Assembly (NCBI GenBank): GCA_043778225.1
Contig: JAYWGM010000092.1
Span: forward strand, 4,842-68,841
DNA: 64,000 bases
DNA from: Deinococcales bacterium
GTDB lineage: Bacteria > Deinococcota > Deinococci > Deinococcales > JAAFIG01
Reading direction: 5' to 3'
This document shows, in pieces, positions 7,872-17,220 of this stretch. The first letter of the stretch is position 1. Each line of letters starts with the position of its first letter. Position numbers and translations under genes: made by a program. The notes beneath the pieces are model-generated. The model was given only the letters and a program-made list of their open reading frames with translations. It had not been told where the DNA came from and searched no databases.

Positions 7872-8822
7872 TTAACCCAGTAAGGCTTCAACAAATTCTT
7901 TGGCATCAAATGGTTGTAAATCTTCGGCTTTCTCGCCGACACCAATAAATTTAAGTGGCACACCCAATTCGCGCACAATTGGAATCACAATGCCGCCCTT
8001 AGAAGTCCCATCGAGTTTGGTCACAATTACCCCAGTTAGACCAACCGCTTCATGAAACTTTTTGGCTTGCTCGAGTCCGTTTTGCCCAGTTATTGCATCC
8101 AAAACCAACCAAATTTCGGCAGGTTCTTTGGCATCGGCTTTTTCGATTGTGCGTTTGACCTTCTTGAGTTCTTCCATCAAGTTATGTTTATTGTGTAAGC
8201 GTCCGGCGGTGTCCACAAACAACAAATCTATGGCTCGAGCTTTGCGGGCGGTTGTGGCATCAAAGGCAACGGCGGCGGGGTCAGAACCGTCCAAGCCTTG
8301 CACAACGCTAATCCCAAGGCGTTCACCCCAAACCCCAAGCTGTGTGCCAGCCGCCGCACGGAAGGTATCGCCGGCGGCAAACATCACGGTTTTACCTTTT
8401 TCGGTGTAATACTGCCCAAGTTTAGCGATGGTCGTGGTTTTACCAACACCATTGACCCCAATCATCAAAATGACCTTGCCTTTTAATTCAACGGTACTTT
8501 TTTTGGCATCGGGGGTAAAACCAGCTTGGCGCAGTTTGGCTCTAAAGGCATCTGGCTCGAGTTGAATGGCTAGGGCTTGGGCTAGGGCTTCGCGCAGGTC
8601 GCGTTTCCCAGATTGCTTCATGTATTGGCGCACATCATCTAAAATCTCGGCAGCGTATTTTGCGCCAACATCTGCGCCGATTAAGGCAAATTCTAAATCC
8701 TCGAGTGTGCTTAGGTCTGATTTTTCGGGGATAATTTCGATCGCTCCGAGCGGACCTGCCATTTGGTTAATTGCCGAGCGGGTTTTGGATAATCCGTCTT
8801 TTAAGCGCTGAAGCCAACTCAC
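7872..8822 (-). CDS. ftsY: signal recognition particle receptor FtsY
   Basis: 'ILMIGVNGVGKTTTIAKLG', 'DTAGRLHNK' and 'TKLDGTSKGG' are SRP-GTPase G motifs. GTG start. Confidence 0.95.
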   Translation of the reverse strand: MSWLQRLKDGLSKTRSAINQMAGPLGAIEIIPEKSDLSTLEDLEFALIGADVGAKYAAEILDDVRQYMKQSGKRDLREALAQALAIQLEPDAFRAKLRQAGFTPDAKKSTVELKGKVILMIGVNGVGKTTTIAKLGQYYTEKGKTVMFAAGDTFRAAAGTQLGVWGERLGISVVQGLDGSDPAAVAFDATTARKARAIDLLFVDTAGRLHNKHNLMEELKKVKRTIEKADAKEPAEIWLVLDAITGQNGLEQAKKFHEAVGLTGVIVTKLDGTSKGGIVIPIVRELGVPLKFIGVGEKAEDLQPFDAKEFVEALLG

Positions 8823-8863
8823 AATCCCACTGTAGCAGATATAAAACGGGATTCATGCTTAGG

Positions 8864-8892
8864 TTGTGATTCTTACTTTTTTTTGCTACTAT
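8864..8892 (+). promoter_or_regulatory. promoter giving a leaderless mRNA for the MazEF-like module
   Basis: TTGTGA (8864-8869), a 17-nt spacer, TACTAT (8887-8892), then 5 nt to ATG 8898. No SD. Confidence 0.55.
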
Positions 8893-8897
8893 CTGGT

Positions 8898-9137
8898 ATG
8901 CAATCTGAGTCGCAACAATCTGGTAAATTGAGTATTAGCTTACAGCCCGATTTACTCGAGTTTGTTCATCATTACCAAATAGAACATCAATTGCCGAGTC
9001 GCAGTCAAGTTTTTGCAGATGCCTTAGGGTTGCTGCGCGAACAAGAATTGCGTCGTGCTTACCGTCAAGCCAGTCTGGAGTGGGATAGCAGTCAAGATTC
9101 GGTTCTTTGGGAAAGAACGATTAGGGACGGCTTATGA
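8898..9137 (+). CDS. ribbon-helix-helix (CopG/MazE-like) antitoxin
   Basis: 'KLSISLQPDLLEFVHHYQ...SRSQVFADALGLL' is an RHH fold signature. The stop overlaps the mazF-like start. ATG 8898 is preferred to TTG 8883. Confidence 0.6.
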   Translation: MQSESQQSGKLSISLQPDLLEFVHHYQIEHQLPSRSQVFADALGLLREQELRRAYRQASLEWDSSQDSVLWERTIRDGL

Positions 9138-9478
9138 AGCCTTCGATTCGACGCGGTGATATTTGGTTGGTGAATCTGAATCCTGCTCGAGACCACGAAG
9201 CCAATGATATTCGCCCAGCCGTGGTTGTGACCAATAATTTTGCCAACGAGGAAGGAACAATGCTGACCGTCGTTCCACTGACCAGCAACACCGAAAAAAT
9301 TTATCCGTTTCAGGTTCTACTACCGAATCAACGCACAAATTTAGACTTTGACAGCAAGGCGCAAATCGAACAAATTCGCAGTATCGCTTTGGGTCGTTTG
9401 CAAAAATACCTTGGATGTATTCCAGACGATCTGATGCAGCAAATCAACTCGAGAATTCGCTTACACTTAGCGCTGTAA
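9134..9478 (+). CDS. mazF: MazF/PemK-family endoribonuclease toxin
   Basis: 'RRGDIWLVNLNPARDHEANDIRPAVVV...VVPLTSN' is the canonical MazF/PemK N-terminal signature. Confidence 0.85.
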   Translation: MKPSIRRGDIWLVNLNPARDHEANDIRPAVVVTNNFANEEGTMLTVVPLTSNTEKIYPFQVLLPNQRTNLDFDSKAQIEQIRSIALGRLQKYLGCIPDDLMQQINSRIRLHLAL

Positions 9479-9484
9479 ACTTTT

Positions 9485-9883
9485 ATGACCACGCTGCTCG
9501 AGACCCCAGAAGCCCTTGAAAGCTACGCAAACGCCTATGCCCAAACCCTCGAGGCTGGTGCGGTGCTGATTTTATCTGGTCTGATGGGCGCGGGTAAAAC
9601 CACCTTTGTCAAAGGGCTGGCTAAAGGCTTAGGGGCAACCAGTCCAGTCTCGAGTCCGACTTATACGTATATTCATGAGTATGCCACGCCACGTGGGATG
9701 CTGATTCATATTGATGCCTACCGCCTCGAGACCCCCAGTAAACTTTGGCAGATGGGTTTAGCCGAATACCTCGAGACCAGTTTTGTGACCGTGATTGAAT
9801 GGGGACAAGGCTTGGATATTCCTGAATCAAAATATTTGCAGCTTGAAATTCTCGAGACTGGTAGGCTGTTAAAGCATGATTGA
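9485..9883 (+). CDS. tsaE: tRNA t6A37 biosynthesis ATPase TsaE
   Basis: 'LSGLMGAGKTTFVKGLAKGLG...SPTYTYIHEY' contains a Walker A motif and the YjeE signature. Confidence 0.85.
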   Translation: MTTLLETPEALESYANAYAQTLEAGAVLILSGLMGAGKTTFVKGLAKGLGATSPVSSPTYTYIHEYATPRGMLIHIDAYRLETPSKLWQMGLAEYLETSFVTVIEWGQGLDIPESKYLQLEILETGRLLKHD

Positions 9884-9920
9884 CGAATTGCACAGTCCAG
9901 TGATTGACGAATTGCACAGT
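9876..9920 (+). repeat. direct duplication of the birA start (21 nt, 24-nt period)
   Basis: ATGATTGACGAATTGCACAGT (9876-9896) and GTGATTGACGAATTGCACAGT (9900-9920). The duplication is in frame and gives MIDELHSPVIDELHS. Confidence 0.9.
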
Positions 9921-10640
9921 TTTCAGCCTATAGATTACCGTCAGTCAGTTGGCAGTACCCAAGATGAAATGCGAATTTTAGCTCGAGCAGGAGCGCCAGA
10001 ATACAGCCTTGTGTTGTCCGAAACACAAACGGCTGGGCGTGGGCGGCGTGGCAAAGTCTGGCAAGCTGCGCCTTATTCTGGCTTGTATTTTACCTTGCTG
10101 CTGCGCCCAGATTTGAACTTTGCCGCTTTTGCTTTACTGCCGCTTTTGATTGGGGCTTGTGTTGCCAAAAGTATCAACCTCGAGACTGGAATCAGCACGA
10201 TGCTAAAATGGAGCAACGATATTTTGAGTGCTGATGCTCGAAAATTTGCTGGTATTTTACTCGAGTCTGAATTGAGCCAAAAAAAAAGAATTGCTCTGGT
10301 TGGCATTGGTATCAATGTGCGAAACCAGGACTTTCCAGCCGAATTTAAGGCGGCGGCTTTAGAAGAATTTGCACCAGTTCATCGGCGTAATTTGCTGACC
10401 CAAATTCTACAAACCATCCAAGCTGAGTATCCACTTTTTCTCGAGCAACCAAGTCATGCAATAACTTTTTGGAAAGCCCAACCCAACTTTTTAGGGCAAG
10501 CTGTTCAGATTCTCGAGCCAAACGGTACGGTCAGCACAGGCATTGCCCAAGACCTCGACTCGAGTGGAGGTTTAATTATACAAACAGCCACTGGCTCGAG
10601 GCTACTTTATGCTGGGGAAGTTAGTTTGAAACGCGGTTAA
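9876..10640 (+). CDS. birA: biotin--[acetyl-CoA-carboxylase] ligase (no N-terminal HTH)
   Basis: 'TQTAGRGRRGKVWQAAP' is the biotin ligase GRGRxGR motif, and 'KWSNDI' is also present. The start overlaps the tsaE stop. Confidence 0.85.
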   Translation: MIDELHSPVIDELHSFQPIDYRQSVGSTQDEMRILARAGAPEYSLVLSETQTAGRGRRGKVWQAAPYSGLYFTLLLRPDLNFAAFALLPLLIGACVAKSINLETGISTMLKWSNDILSADARKFAGILLESELSQKKRIALVGIGINVRNQDFPAEFKAAALEEFAPVHRRNLLTQILQTIQAEYPLFLEQPSHAITFWKAQPNFLGQAVQILEPNGTVSTGIAQDLDSSGGLIIQTATGSRLLYAGEVSLKRG

Positions 10641-10702
10641 TTTTCTTCTAAAGTGCTGATTAAGTTGTGTTTGACAATTAGACTTGTGATAAAAAAACCG
10701 CC

Positions 10703-10731
10703 TTGCGTCGCGCCTCGAGAAACCCTAGACT
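10703..10731 (+). promoter_or_regulatory. promoter giving a leaderless mRNA for the VOC gene
   Basis: TTGCGT (10703-10708), a 17-nt spacer, TAGACT (10726-10731), then 6 nt to ATG 10738. Confidence 0.5.
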
Positions 10732-10737
10732 CGAGGT

Positions 10738-11088
10738 ATGGAACTTTTCATCAGCCGAGTGATTATTTTTGTCAATAACCTACCAGTGGTTGCCGCCTTC
10801 TACCAAGATATTCTGGGTTTAGTGCCTAAAATTTGCCCCGACGACCCCAAAGAATGGCAAGAATTTCAGGCGGGAGGTCTCACGATTGCGCTGCACCTGT
10901 CCAATGCCCCCAAGCCACGGCGAATCGCCACAAAATTGGTTTTTTACAGCCCCGACGTGAAAGCCACTAAGCAACTGCTCGAGTCTCGAGGAGTTAAACT
11001 TGGGCGAGTGCTGAAAACCGAGTTTTTTGAGTTTTGCAATGGCACAGACCCCGAAGGCAATCCGTTTTCAATCTCGAGCCGCTTATAG
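10738..11088 (+). CDS. VOC (glyoxalase/bleomycin-resistance) family protein
   Basis: 116 aa; 'VIIFVNNLPVVAAFYQDILGL' is a VOC beta-alpha-beta-beta-beta N-terminus, and 'DPEGNPFSI' is a typical C-terminal motif. Confidence 0.7.
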   Translation: MELFISRVIIFVNNLPVVAAFYQDILGLVPKICPDDPKEWQEFQAGGLTIALHLSNAPKPRRIATKLVFYSPDVKATKQLLESRGVKLGRVLKTEFFEFCNGTDPEGNPFSISSRL

Positions 11089-12309
11089 CCCAACCCATGC
11101 TTTGCCGTTCCACTGGCGGACATAGACCCGTTGTTGGGTTTGGGTAATTTCTTCGCTCCAAGCCACCACTGGCACACCGCTCCATGTGACTGCAAGGCTT
11201 GGGGTGGCGGCATAGGACTTGGGAGAGATGTTTAAGAATGTGCCGAGTTTTTTCCAAGCGTTGTTTTCCCAGCGCACGACCATGACTTTTAATGAACCAG
11301 CATTTTCGACCCAAGCCACATATGGGCGGTTGTTCGGGTCAAGGCGCAACCTTGGGCTGCTGGCTAAACCAGTGGCATTGTTGATGGTTTTTCCAAGGCG
11401 CTGCCAAGTTGTACCATCCCAGCGTTTGGCTGCCACATCAAAACCTAGGGTTGCCTCGAGCCACGCAATCACGGGGTAATCGTTGCTGTCTAAGTCAAAC
11501 GAAGGTTGGGCGGCATAACGTTCTTTATTGAGATTCAAGGAAGTTTCGCCAAGTGGCGACCAGTGTGCGCCGTCCCAGCCGCCAATATAGACGTTAAAAT
11601 CCTGTGGTCCTTTGTTGGGGATGTATTTTTGGACGCTCCAAGCCAAAATCGGCTGGTCTTTGGAATTGACACTCAGTTCTCTCGAGCGCGAGGCATGGGA
11701 AATGTCTGAACTGAGCGAACCGGGGTCAATATTCAGCCATTGTGTCCCATCCCAACGTTCGACAAAGTAACTATCGGCGTTAAAATCTGGGGTCAGTTCG
11801 CTCCAAGCTAAAACAGGATAGCCTTTGGAATCCACCCGCAGACTGGGTAAATCGCCAGCCGAATTTTCTTTTTTGCTGGGCGATGGATAGGCGTTCCAAC
11901 TCGAGCCAGTCCAACGTGCGACATAGACTTTACCGGGTCCTTTGCCTTTGCCATCAAACCCGGAATTGATGTTGCTGCGCTCTGTCCAAGATACATAAGG
12001 TGCGTCGTCTTTGGAAATGGCTAAAGAAACATTGAACGAATTAAAACTGGCATCGCGGTTTAACCGCCCACCAAGCGGTTGCCATTTTGTGCCAGTCCAG
12101 CGTTTGACAAACACATGGTAGACTCCACTGACATTCTCGAGCCATGCGACAATCGGTGTGCCGTTTTTCTCGAGAACCAACGAAGGGCGAATCGCATCGG
12201 CTTTGGGGTTGTTGTTGACTTGGGTAAAGGCGTTCTGGGTTTGACTTGTACCAACGCTCAAGAGTCCAAAGAATAGCAACAAACTCGAGATGATCAACTT
12301 TTTTATCAT
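11083..12309 (-). CDS. secreted protein with seven W-x-G-x-x-W repeats (putative 7-bladed beta-propeller)
   Basis: Signal peptide MIKKLIISSLLLFFGLLSVG. There are seven units of the type 'V(x)RW(D/T)G(x)xW(x)xLG'. An AGGAG SD precedes ATG 12309. Confidence 0.6.
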   Translation of the reverse strand: MIKKLIISSLLLFFGLLSVGTSQTQNAFTQVNNNPKADAIRPSLVLEKNGTPIVAWLENVSGVYHVFVKRWTGTKWQPLGGRLNRDASFNSFNVSLAISKDDAPYVSWTERSNINSGFDGKGKGPGKVYVARWTGSSWNAYPSPSKKENSAGDLPSLRVDSKGYPVLAWSELTPDFNADSYFVERWDGTQWLNIDPGSLSSDISHASRSRELSVNSKDQPILAWSVQKYIPNKGPQDFNVYIGGWDGAHWSPLGETSLNLNKERYAAQPSFDLDSNDYPVIAWLEATLGFDVAAKRWDGTTWQRLGKTINNATGLASSPRLRLDPNNRPYVAWVENAGSLKVMVVRWENNAWKKLGTFLNISPKSYAATPSLAVTWSGVPVVAWSEEITQTQQRVYVRQWNGKAWVGL

Positions 12310-12317
12310 GGATACTC

Positions 12318-13163
12318 CTATGGGCAAACATCGGTGATGATTTGGTCTGGAATCGGGTAGAGCGTTGGTTTCCCAGCGCCAAGACGGTACTGAATCACGG
12401 GCTGAGAAATAAACGTGTCATAACGCTTATTGGCATCTCTGAGGCGCGGACTCCCTTTGCAACTGAGTTTGATGCTCGAGCCAACAATGGCTACCCCAAA
12501 ACCACGTGAAGGCAAGATTTTAAGGTTAAGCGCATTGGAACTCACCAAACTCGAGCCTTCGGGCAGGCTTGGACTGCTGCCCGACATCCACTGCTCGAGT
12601 TTTCTAAAAAAAGTGCTGTCGTAACGCGGATTCATTAAAATTTTATCGTTCGAGACCCCTTTTGGTGCAAAGAGAATTTTGTCTACAAAAATCGTTTCGG
12701 GGGAATCGTTAAAAATCTGCATTGCTAAAAATAAGCGCTCGTTGGGTTGTTGTTGTAGCCGCTCATAAGAAAGAGGGTATTTCTGCAAAGGCTTTAGGTA
12801 CAAGACCCGAGAAGACGCAACCGCCACACTCGAGCCATTGATTTTGAGGCTGCTAAAAGTCGTGTCTAAACCAGCTTTAACATTCACCTCGAGTTCAAGG
12901 TTGCGCTTGCCAAAGGCATCCATGATGCGCCAGCTTTTTAAGGGTAAGCCAGTCACCGCAACCGTTTTTATATTATCCCCTGTGTTTGGGCTGGGCTTAC
13001 CACCAAAAGGATCGTTGGGGACAAGTGGCTGGGGGATTTCGTAATACAGCCGCAATGGGTCGCCGCCTTCCCATTCGTGGACAAAATGGACTCGAGGCTC
13101 GAGTTTTGGGGCTGGTGCAGCTAAGGCAGTCATGCCGAGCAGAACAAAAAATAATCTTTTCAT
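12318..13163 (-). CDS. secreted hypothetical protein
   Basis: Signal peptide MKRLFFVLLGMTALAAPAP. No recognisable domain. Co-oriented with pyrE, with a 4-nt overlap. Confidence 0.55.
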   Translation of the reverse strand: MKRLFFVLLGMTALAAPAPKLEPRVHFVHEWEGGDPLRLYYEIPQPLVPNDPFGGKPSPNTGDNIKTVAVTGLPLKSWRIMDAFGKRNLELEVNVKAGLDTTFSSLKINGSSVAVASSRVLYLKPLQKYPLSYERLQQQPNERLFLAMQIFNDSPETIFVDKILFAPKGVSNDKILMNPRYDSTFFRKLEQWMSGSSPSLPEGSSLVSSNALNLKILPSRGFGVAIVGSSIKLSCKGSPRLRDANKRYDTFISQPVIQYRLGAGKPTLYPIPDQIITDVCP

Positions 13164-13684
13164 ATCCCTAAACTGGTTTTACTGAACAGCGCTGTGCCAC
13201 TAAAACCAGCCGCCGCGATGTTTTCCTGTGCGCCTTGTTCACGGTTGACGACATAAACGATTTTTTGGACACTCGCCCCAAGTTCAGTCAATAAATTGGC
13301 GGCTCGAATTGCTTGGGCAGCTGTGGTCAGCACATCTTCAATCAGTGCAACCTTGGCATTTTCGGGCAGTAGACCTTCGATTAACTTGCTTGTGCCGTAT
13401 TCTTTTGCGCCTTTACGGACAATCACAAACGGTAGCCCAGTCTCGAGCGAGACCGCCGTTGCCAGTGGTACAGCCCCAAGTTCGACCCCAGCCAGACAAG
13501 TAATGCCTTGGGGCAGCAATCCCGCCAAGCCAATCGCAATATCGCGCAGCAGTTTTGGCTCGGTCGAAAAACGGTACTTATCCATGTAGTACCGACTGCG
13601 TTGTCCACTCGAGAGCAGAAAATCCCCCTCGAGATAAGCGGCTTGTACTAAGCGTTGCCCTACGGTTTTTGCGTCAAATGCCAT
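13160..13684 (-). CDS. pyrE: orotate phosphoribosyltransferase
   Basis: 'KVALIEDVLTTAAQ' is the PRPP-binding motif and 'FLLSSGQRSRYYMD' is also present. TATGAT lies 6 nt before the ATG (leaderless). Confidence 0.9.
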   Translation of the reverse strand: MAFDAKTVGQRLVQAAYLEGDFLLSSGQRSRYYMDKYRFSTEPKLLRDIAIGLAGLLPQGITCLAGVELGAVPLATAVSLETGLPFVIVRKGAKEYGTSKLIEGLLPENAKVALIEDVLTTAAQAIRAANLLTELGASVQKIVYVVNREQGAQENIAAAGFSGTALFSKTSLGI

Positions 13685-13705
13685 ACATTTATCATACCCT
13701 GACTC

Positions 13706-14206
13706 ATGTTACAATTGCTTCGTTCAGACAATTTAATCAGAGCGCTTGGCGCTCGAGGAGGCGTTCTTTTGCAACTTGAGGGAAACAACATCATTCAGGC
13801 GACTCCAGAACAGATTTTTATTGCCCTGCAAGACCCTGCGGTGCTGGCAAAGTGTGTCCCGGGGGTCAAAAAACTCGAGGTTGAATCCGAAGGGGTTTTT
13901 AAGACCACGCTCGAGGTGGCGGTCGGACCAGTCAAAGGCACATTCAACGGTAAAGTCAGTGTGCTTGAAAAACTCGAGAACACTGCCCTGACCTTAAAAG
14001 TCGAAATGCGTGCCCCAGTTGGAATTGCCAGTGCCATCGGGCGAGTGACGTTTCACCCCGAAGAAGGCGCAACCAGAGTCCATTGGAGTGGTGAACCACA
14101 ACTAGGCGGTATGATTGCCAGTGTTGGTGCGCGTCTGATTGGCGGCGTTGCCAAAGCCCAAGCTGATTTATTTTTCTCAAAACTCGAGCAAGAATTACGT
14201 CAATAA
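13706..14206 (+). CDS. coxG: CoxG/SRPBCC family protein
   Basis: 'PEQIFIALQDPAVLAKCVPGVKKLE...GPVKGTFNGKVSV' is the CoxG signature. The start position is uncertain. Confidence 0.7.
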   Translation: MLQLLRSDNLIRALGARGGVLLQLEGNNIIQATPEQIFIALQDPAVLAKCVPGVKKLEVESEGVFKTTLEVAVGPVKGTFNGKVSVLEKLENTALTLKVEMRAPVGIASAIGRVTFHPEEGATRVHWSGEPQLGGMIASVGARLIGGVAKAQADLFFSKLEQELRQ

Positions 14207-14294
14207 TTTTTTACGACTCATCGCGGGGTTGGAGGTGCAAATTTTTTAAGATAAGCAGCAATGGCAAACGTTTTTAGCTTAAAAGGAGATTTTT

Positions 14295-14771
14295 ATGGCA
14301 GACAAAGTTCCAATTACCCTGACCGTCAACGGCATCAAGCACAGCGCTCATGTCGAGCCACGCACCCTGTTGGTGCAATTTTTGCGCGAACAACTTTTTT
14401 TAACCGGCACGCACGTCGGTTGTGACACCAGCCAGTGCGGTTCTTGTACGATTCACATGGATGGTATGGCGGTCAAATCCTGCACGATGTTTGCGGTGCA
14501 AGCCAATGGCTCGAGCCTGACCACGATTGAAGGGCTTGGTGAGATTGGCAACCTCCACCCACTCCAAGAAGGTTTCTGGGAAATGCACGGTTTGCAATGC
14601 GGCTACTGCACCCCCGGGATGATCATGAGCGCCGCCGATTTGTTGCAGCACAACCCTCAGCCCACCGAAGCCGAAATCCGCCATGGACTCGAGGGAAATT
14701 TTTGCCGTTGCACTGGCTATCATAATATCATTAAAGCTGTTCAATACGCCGCCGATAAGATGGCAGGGTGA
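14295..14771 (+). CDS. coxS: (2Fe-2S)-binding small subunit of a CODH/xanthine dehydrogenase-family enzyme
   Basis: '[16 protein letters not shown]' and '[13 protein letters not shown]...CRCTGYHNI' are the two [2Fe-2S] motifs. Confidence 0.9.
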   Translation: MADKVPITLTVNGIKHSAHVEPRTLLVQFLREQLFLTGTHVGCDTSQCGSCTIHMDGMAVKSCTMFAVQANGSSLTTIEGLGEIGNLHPLQEGFWEMHGLQCGYCTPGMIMSAADLLQHNPQPTEAEIRHGLEGNFCRCTGYHNIIKAVQYAADKMAG

Positions 14772-14823
14772 AAGGGTCAAAAGGTTAAAAGTTTTTCACA
14801 TTTAACCTTTTGACCCTTTCACC
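14767..14823 (+). repeat. perfect 23-bp-stem hairpin of the GGTNAAAAGG family (an 'empty' site)
   Basis: GGTGAAAGGGTCAAAAGGTTAAA (14767-14789), an 11-nt loop, then TTTAACCTTTTGACCCTTTCACC (14801-14823). It overlaps the coxS stop codon. Confidence 0.9.
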
Positions 14824-14851
14824 TTTTCACCTTCGCTTTTAAGGAGTTTCT

Positions 14852-17215
14852 ATGACCGAGAAGTATTTTGGTAAAGCCATGAAGCGCGTTGAAGACCCGC
14901 GTTTTATCACTGGGGCGGGGAATTATACCGATGACCTTGCGGTGCTGCACATGACCCATGCGGCGATGGTTCGCAGTCCGTATCCTCATGCGACGATTAA
15001 GAGCATTGACTCGAGTGTCGCGCTTGCGCTGCCGGGCGTGCTGGCGGTTCTGACGGGTAAGGATTTGGTTGGGGCGGGGATTAACCCAATTCCTACCGGT
15101 TGGTTGTTGCCAGACTTAAAAATCTCGGCACACCATGCGATTCAGCCCAACGAAGTCAATCATGTTGGCGATATTGTGGCAGCCGTCGTGGCAGAATCTC
15201 GAGCCATTGCCGAAGATGCCGTGGCTTTAATAGACGTGGATTACGAGGTTCTCGAGAGTTTATCTTTGGGTTCGGATGCCTTAGCCGAAGGCGCAGTTCA
15301 GGTTCATCCAGAAGCGCCGGGTAATTTGGCGTTTGACTGGACAATTGGCGATAGCGCCGCCGTAGATGCCGAATTTGCTAAGGCAGATAAAATCATTAAG
15401 CTCGAGCTTCGCAACCACCGCCTTGTGCCAAATGCGATCGAGCCTCGAGCCAGTCTTGCTGAGTACAAACGTGCCTCGGACGAGTACACACTGCACACCA
15501 CCAGCCAGAATCCGCACATTCACCGCGTCATGATTGGTGCGTTTGTGATGGGGATTCCAGAACATAAACTGCGAATTGTCAGCCCCGACGTTGGCGGCGG
15601 CTTTGGCAGTAAAATTTTCCAGTATCCCGAAGAAGTGATTGTGCTGTTTGCTGCTAAACGCTTAAACCGCCCAGTCAAATGGACTGCCCGCCGCTCGGAA
15701 TCGTTTGTCTCCGATGCTCATGGGCGCGACCACGAATCTGTTGCCGAAGCTGCAATTTCTAATGACGGAATGCTGCTGGCTTTGCGGGTCAGTACAATTG
15801 CCAACATGGGCGCATACCTGACCACCTTTGCGCCGGCTGTGCCAACTTATTTGTACGGCACACTCTTAAACGGCACATACAAATGGAAAGCCATTCATGC
15901 CCACGTGCGCGGGGTTTACACCAATACGGTGGGTGTGGATGCCTACCGTGGCGCAGGTCGCCCAGAAGCCACCTATTTGGTCGAGCGGATTGTCAGCATG
16001 GCAGCCCTCGAGCTAGGCATGGATGCCGCCGAGTTGCGCCGTAAAAACTTTATTCAACCCGATGAATTTCCGTACCAAACCCCAGTGGCGCTGCAATACG
16101 ACAGTGGCAATTATGAACCCGCGATGGACAAAGCCCTCGAGAAATTGGGTTATAAGCAGTTGCGGCTCGAGCAAGCCGAAATGCGAAAACAGGGCAAATA
16201 TATTGGGATAGGTGTCTCCACCTTTGTTGAAGCCTGTGGACTTGCGCCCAGTGCCTTGGTTGGTTCTTTAGGCGCACAAGCCGGGCAATGGGAATCTGCC
16301 TTAGTGCGCGTGGCTGCGACTGGCAAAGTCGAAGTTTTAACAGGCAGCCACAGCCACGGACAAGGACACGAAACCGCTTTTGCCCAAGTGGTTGCCGACG
16401 AACTACAAATCCCAGTTGAGGATGTGATGCTGGTACACGGCGATACCGCCCGTCTACCGCACGGATGGGGCAGTTATGGCTCGAGAAGTGCGCCAGTCGG
16501 ATTAAGCGCGATTACTTTAGCGTGTCGCAAAATTACTGATAAAGCCAAGAAAATCGCTGCCCATTTGCTCGAGGCTTCAAGCGAAGACATGGAACACGTC
16601 GGCGGAAATTTCCAAGTCAAAGGCGTTCCAGAACGCTCAAAATCCTTTTTTGAAGTCTCTTTGATGGCGCACCTTGCTCATAATTACCCAGCCGACCTAG
16701 AACCCGGACTCGAGGCAACCCATTTTTATGACCCGAAAAACTTTGTCTACCCATTTGGTACGCATTTAGCCGTGGTCGAAGTTGATGCCGATACTGGACG
16801 CACCAAACTGATTCGTTACGTCAGCGTGGATGACTGCGGACCTCGAGTCAATCCATTAATTGTGGATGGACAACTGCACGGCGGAATTGCCCAAGGCATG
16901 GGACAAGCCTTGCTCGAGAACACGGTTTACGATAAAAGTGGGCAACTGGTCAGTGGTTCATACCTTGAGTACACCATGCCTCGAGCCGATGACATGGTAC
17001 AAGTTGAACTTGACCACACCGTTACACCCAGCCCGCACAATCCACTCGGCTTAAAAGGCATTGGTGAAGCTGGCACAATCGCCAGTACCGCCGCCGTCGC
17101 CAATGCCGTCATGGATGCCCTCGAGCCATTTGGGGTTAAGCATCTGGATATGCCATTTACTGCCGAGAAAGTCTGGCGAATCATGCAGCCTAAACTGCTC
17201 GAAGCCGCAGATTAA
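14852..17215 (+). CDS. coxL: molybdopterin-binding large subunit, form-II CoxL-like
   Basis: 787 aa. 'GGGFGSK' is present, and the active-site loop reads 'VDAYRGAGRPEA', which is the AYRGAGR form-II motif rather than the form-I VAYRCSFR. Confidence 0.85.
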   Translation: MTEKYFGKAMKRVEDPRFITGAGNYTDDLAVLHMTHAAMVRSPYPHATIKSIDSSVALALPGVLAVLTGKDLVGAGINPIPTGWLLPDLKISAHHAIQPNEVNHVGDIVAAVVAESRAIAEDAVALIDVDYEVLESLSLGSDALAEGAVQVHPEAPGNLAFDWTIGDSAAVDAEFAKADKIIKLELRNHRLVPNAIEPRASLAEYKRASDEYTLHTTSQNPHIHRVMIGAFVMGIPEHKLRIVSPDVGGGFGSKIFQYPEEVIVLFAAKRLNRPVKWTARRSESFVSDAHGRDHESVAEAAISNDGMLLALRVSTIANMGAYLTTFAPAVPTYLYGTLLNGTYKWKAIHAHVRGVYTNTVGVDAYRGAGRPEATYLVERIVSMAALELGMDAAELRRKNFIQPDEFPYQTPVALQYDSGNYEPAMDKALEKLGYKQLRLEQAEMRKQGKYIGIGVSTFVEACGLAPSALVGSLGAQAGQWESALVRVAATGKVEVLTGSHSHGQGHETAFAQVVADELQIPVEDVMLVHGDTARLPHGWGSYGSRSAPVGLSAITLACRKITDKAKKIAAHLLEASSEDMEHVGGNFQVKGVPERSKSFFEVSLMAHLAHNYPADLEPGLEATHFYDPKNFVYPFGTHLAVVEVDADTGRTKLIRYVSVDDCGPRVNPLIVDGQLHGGIAQGMGQALLENTVYDKSGQLVSGSYLEYTMPRADDMVQVELDHTVTPSPHNPLGLKGIGEAGTIASTAAVANAVMDALEPFGVKHLDMPFTAEKVWRIMQPKLLEAAD

Positions 17216-17220
17216 GAGCA

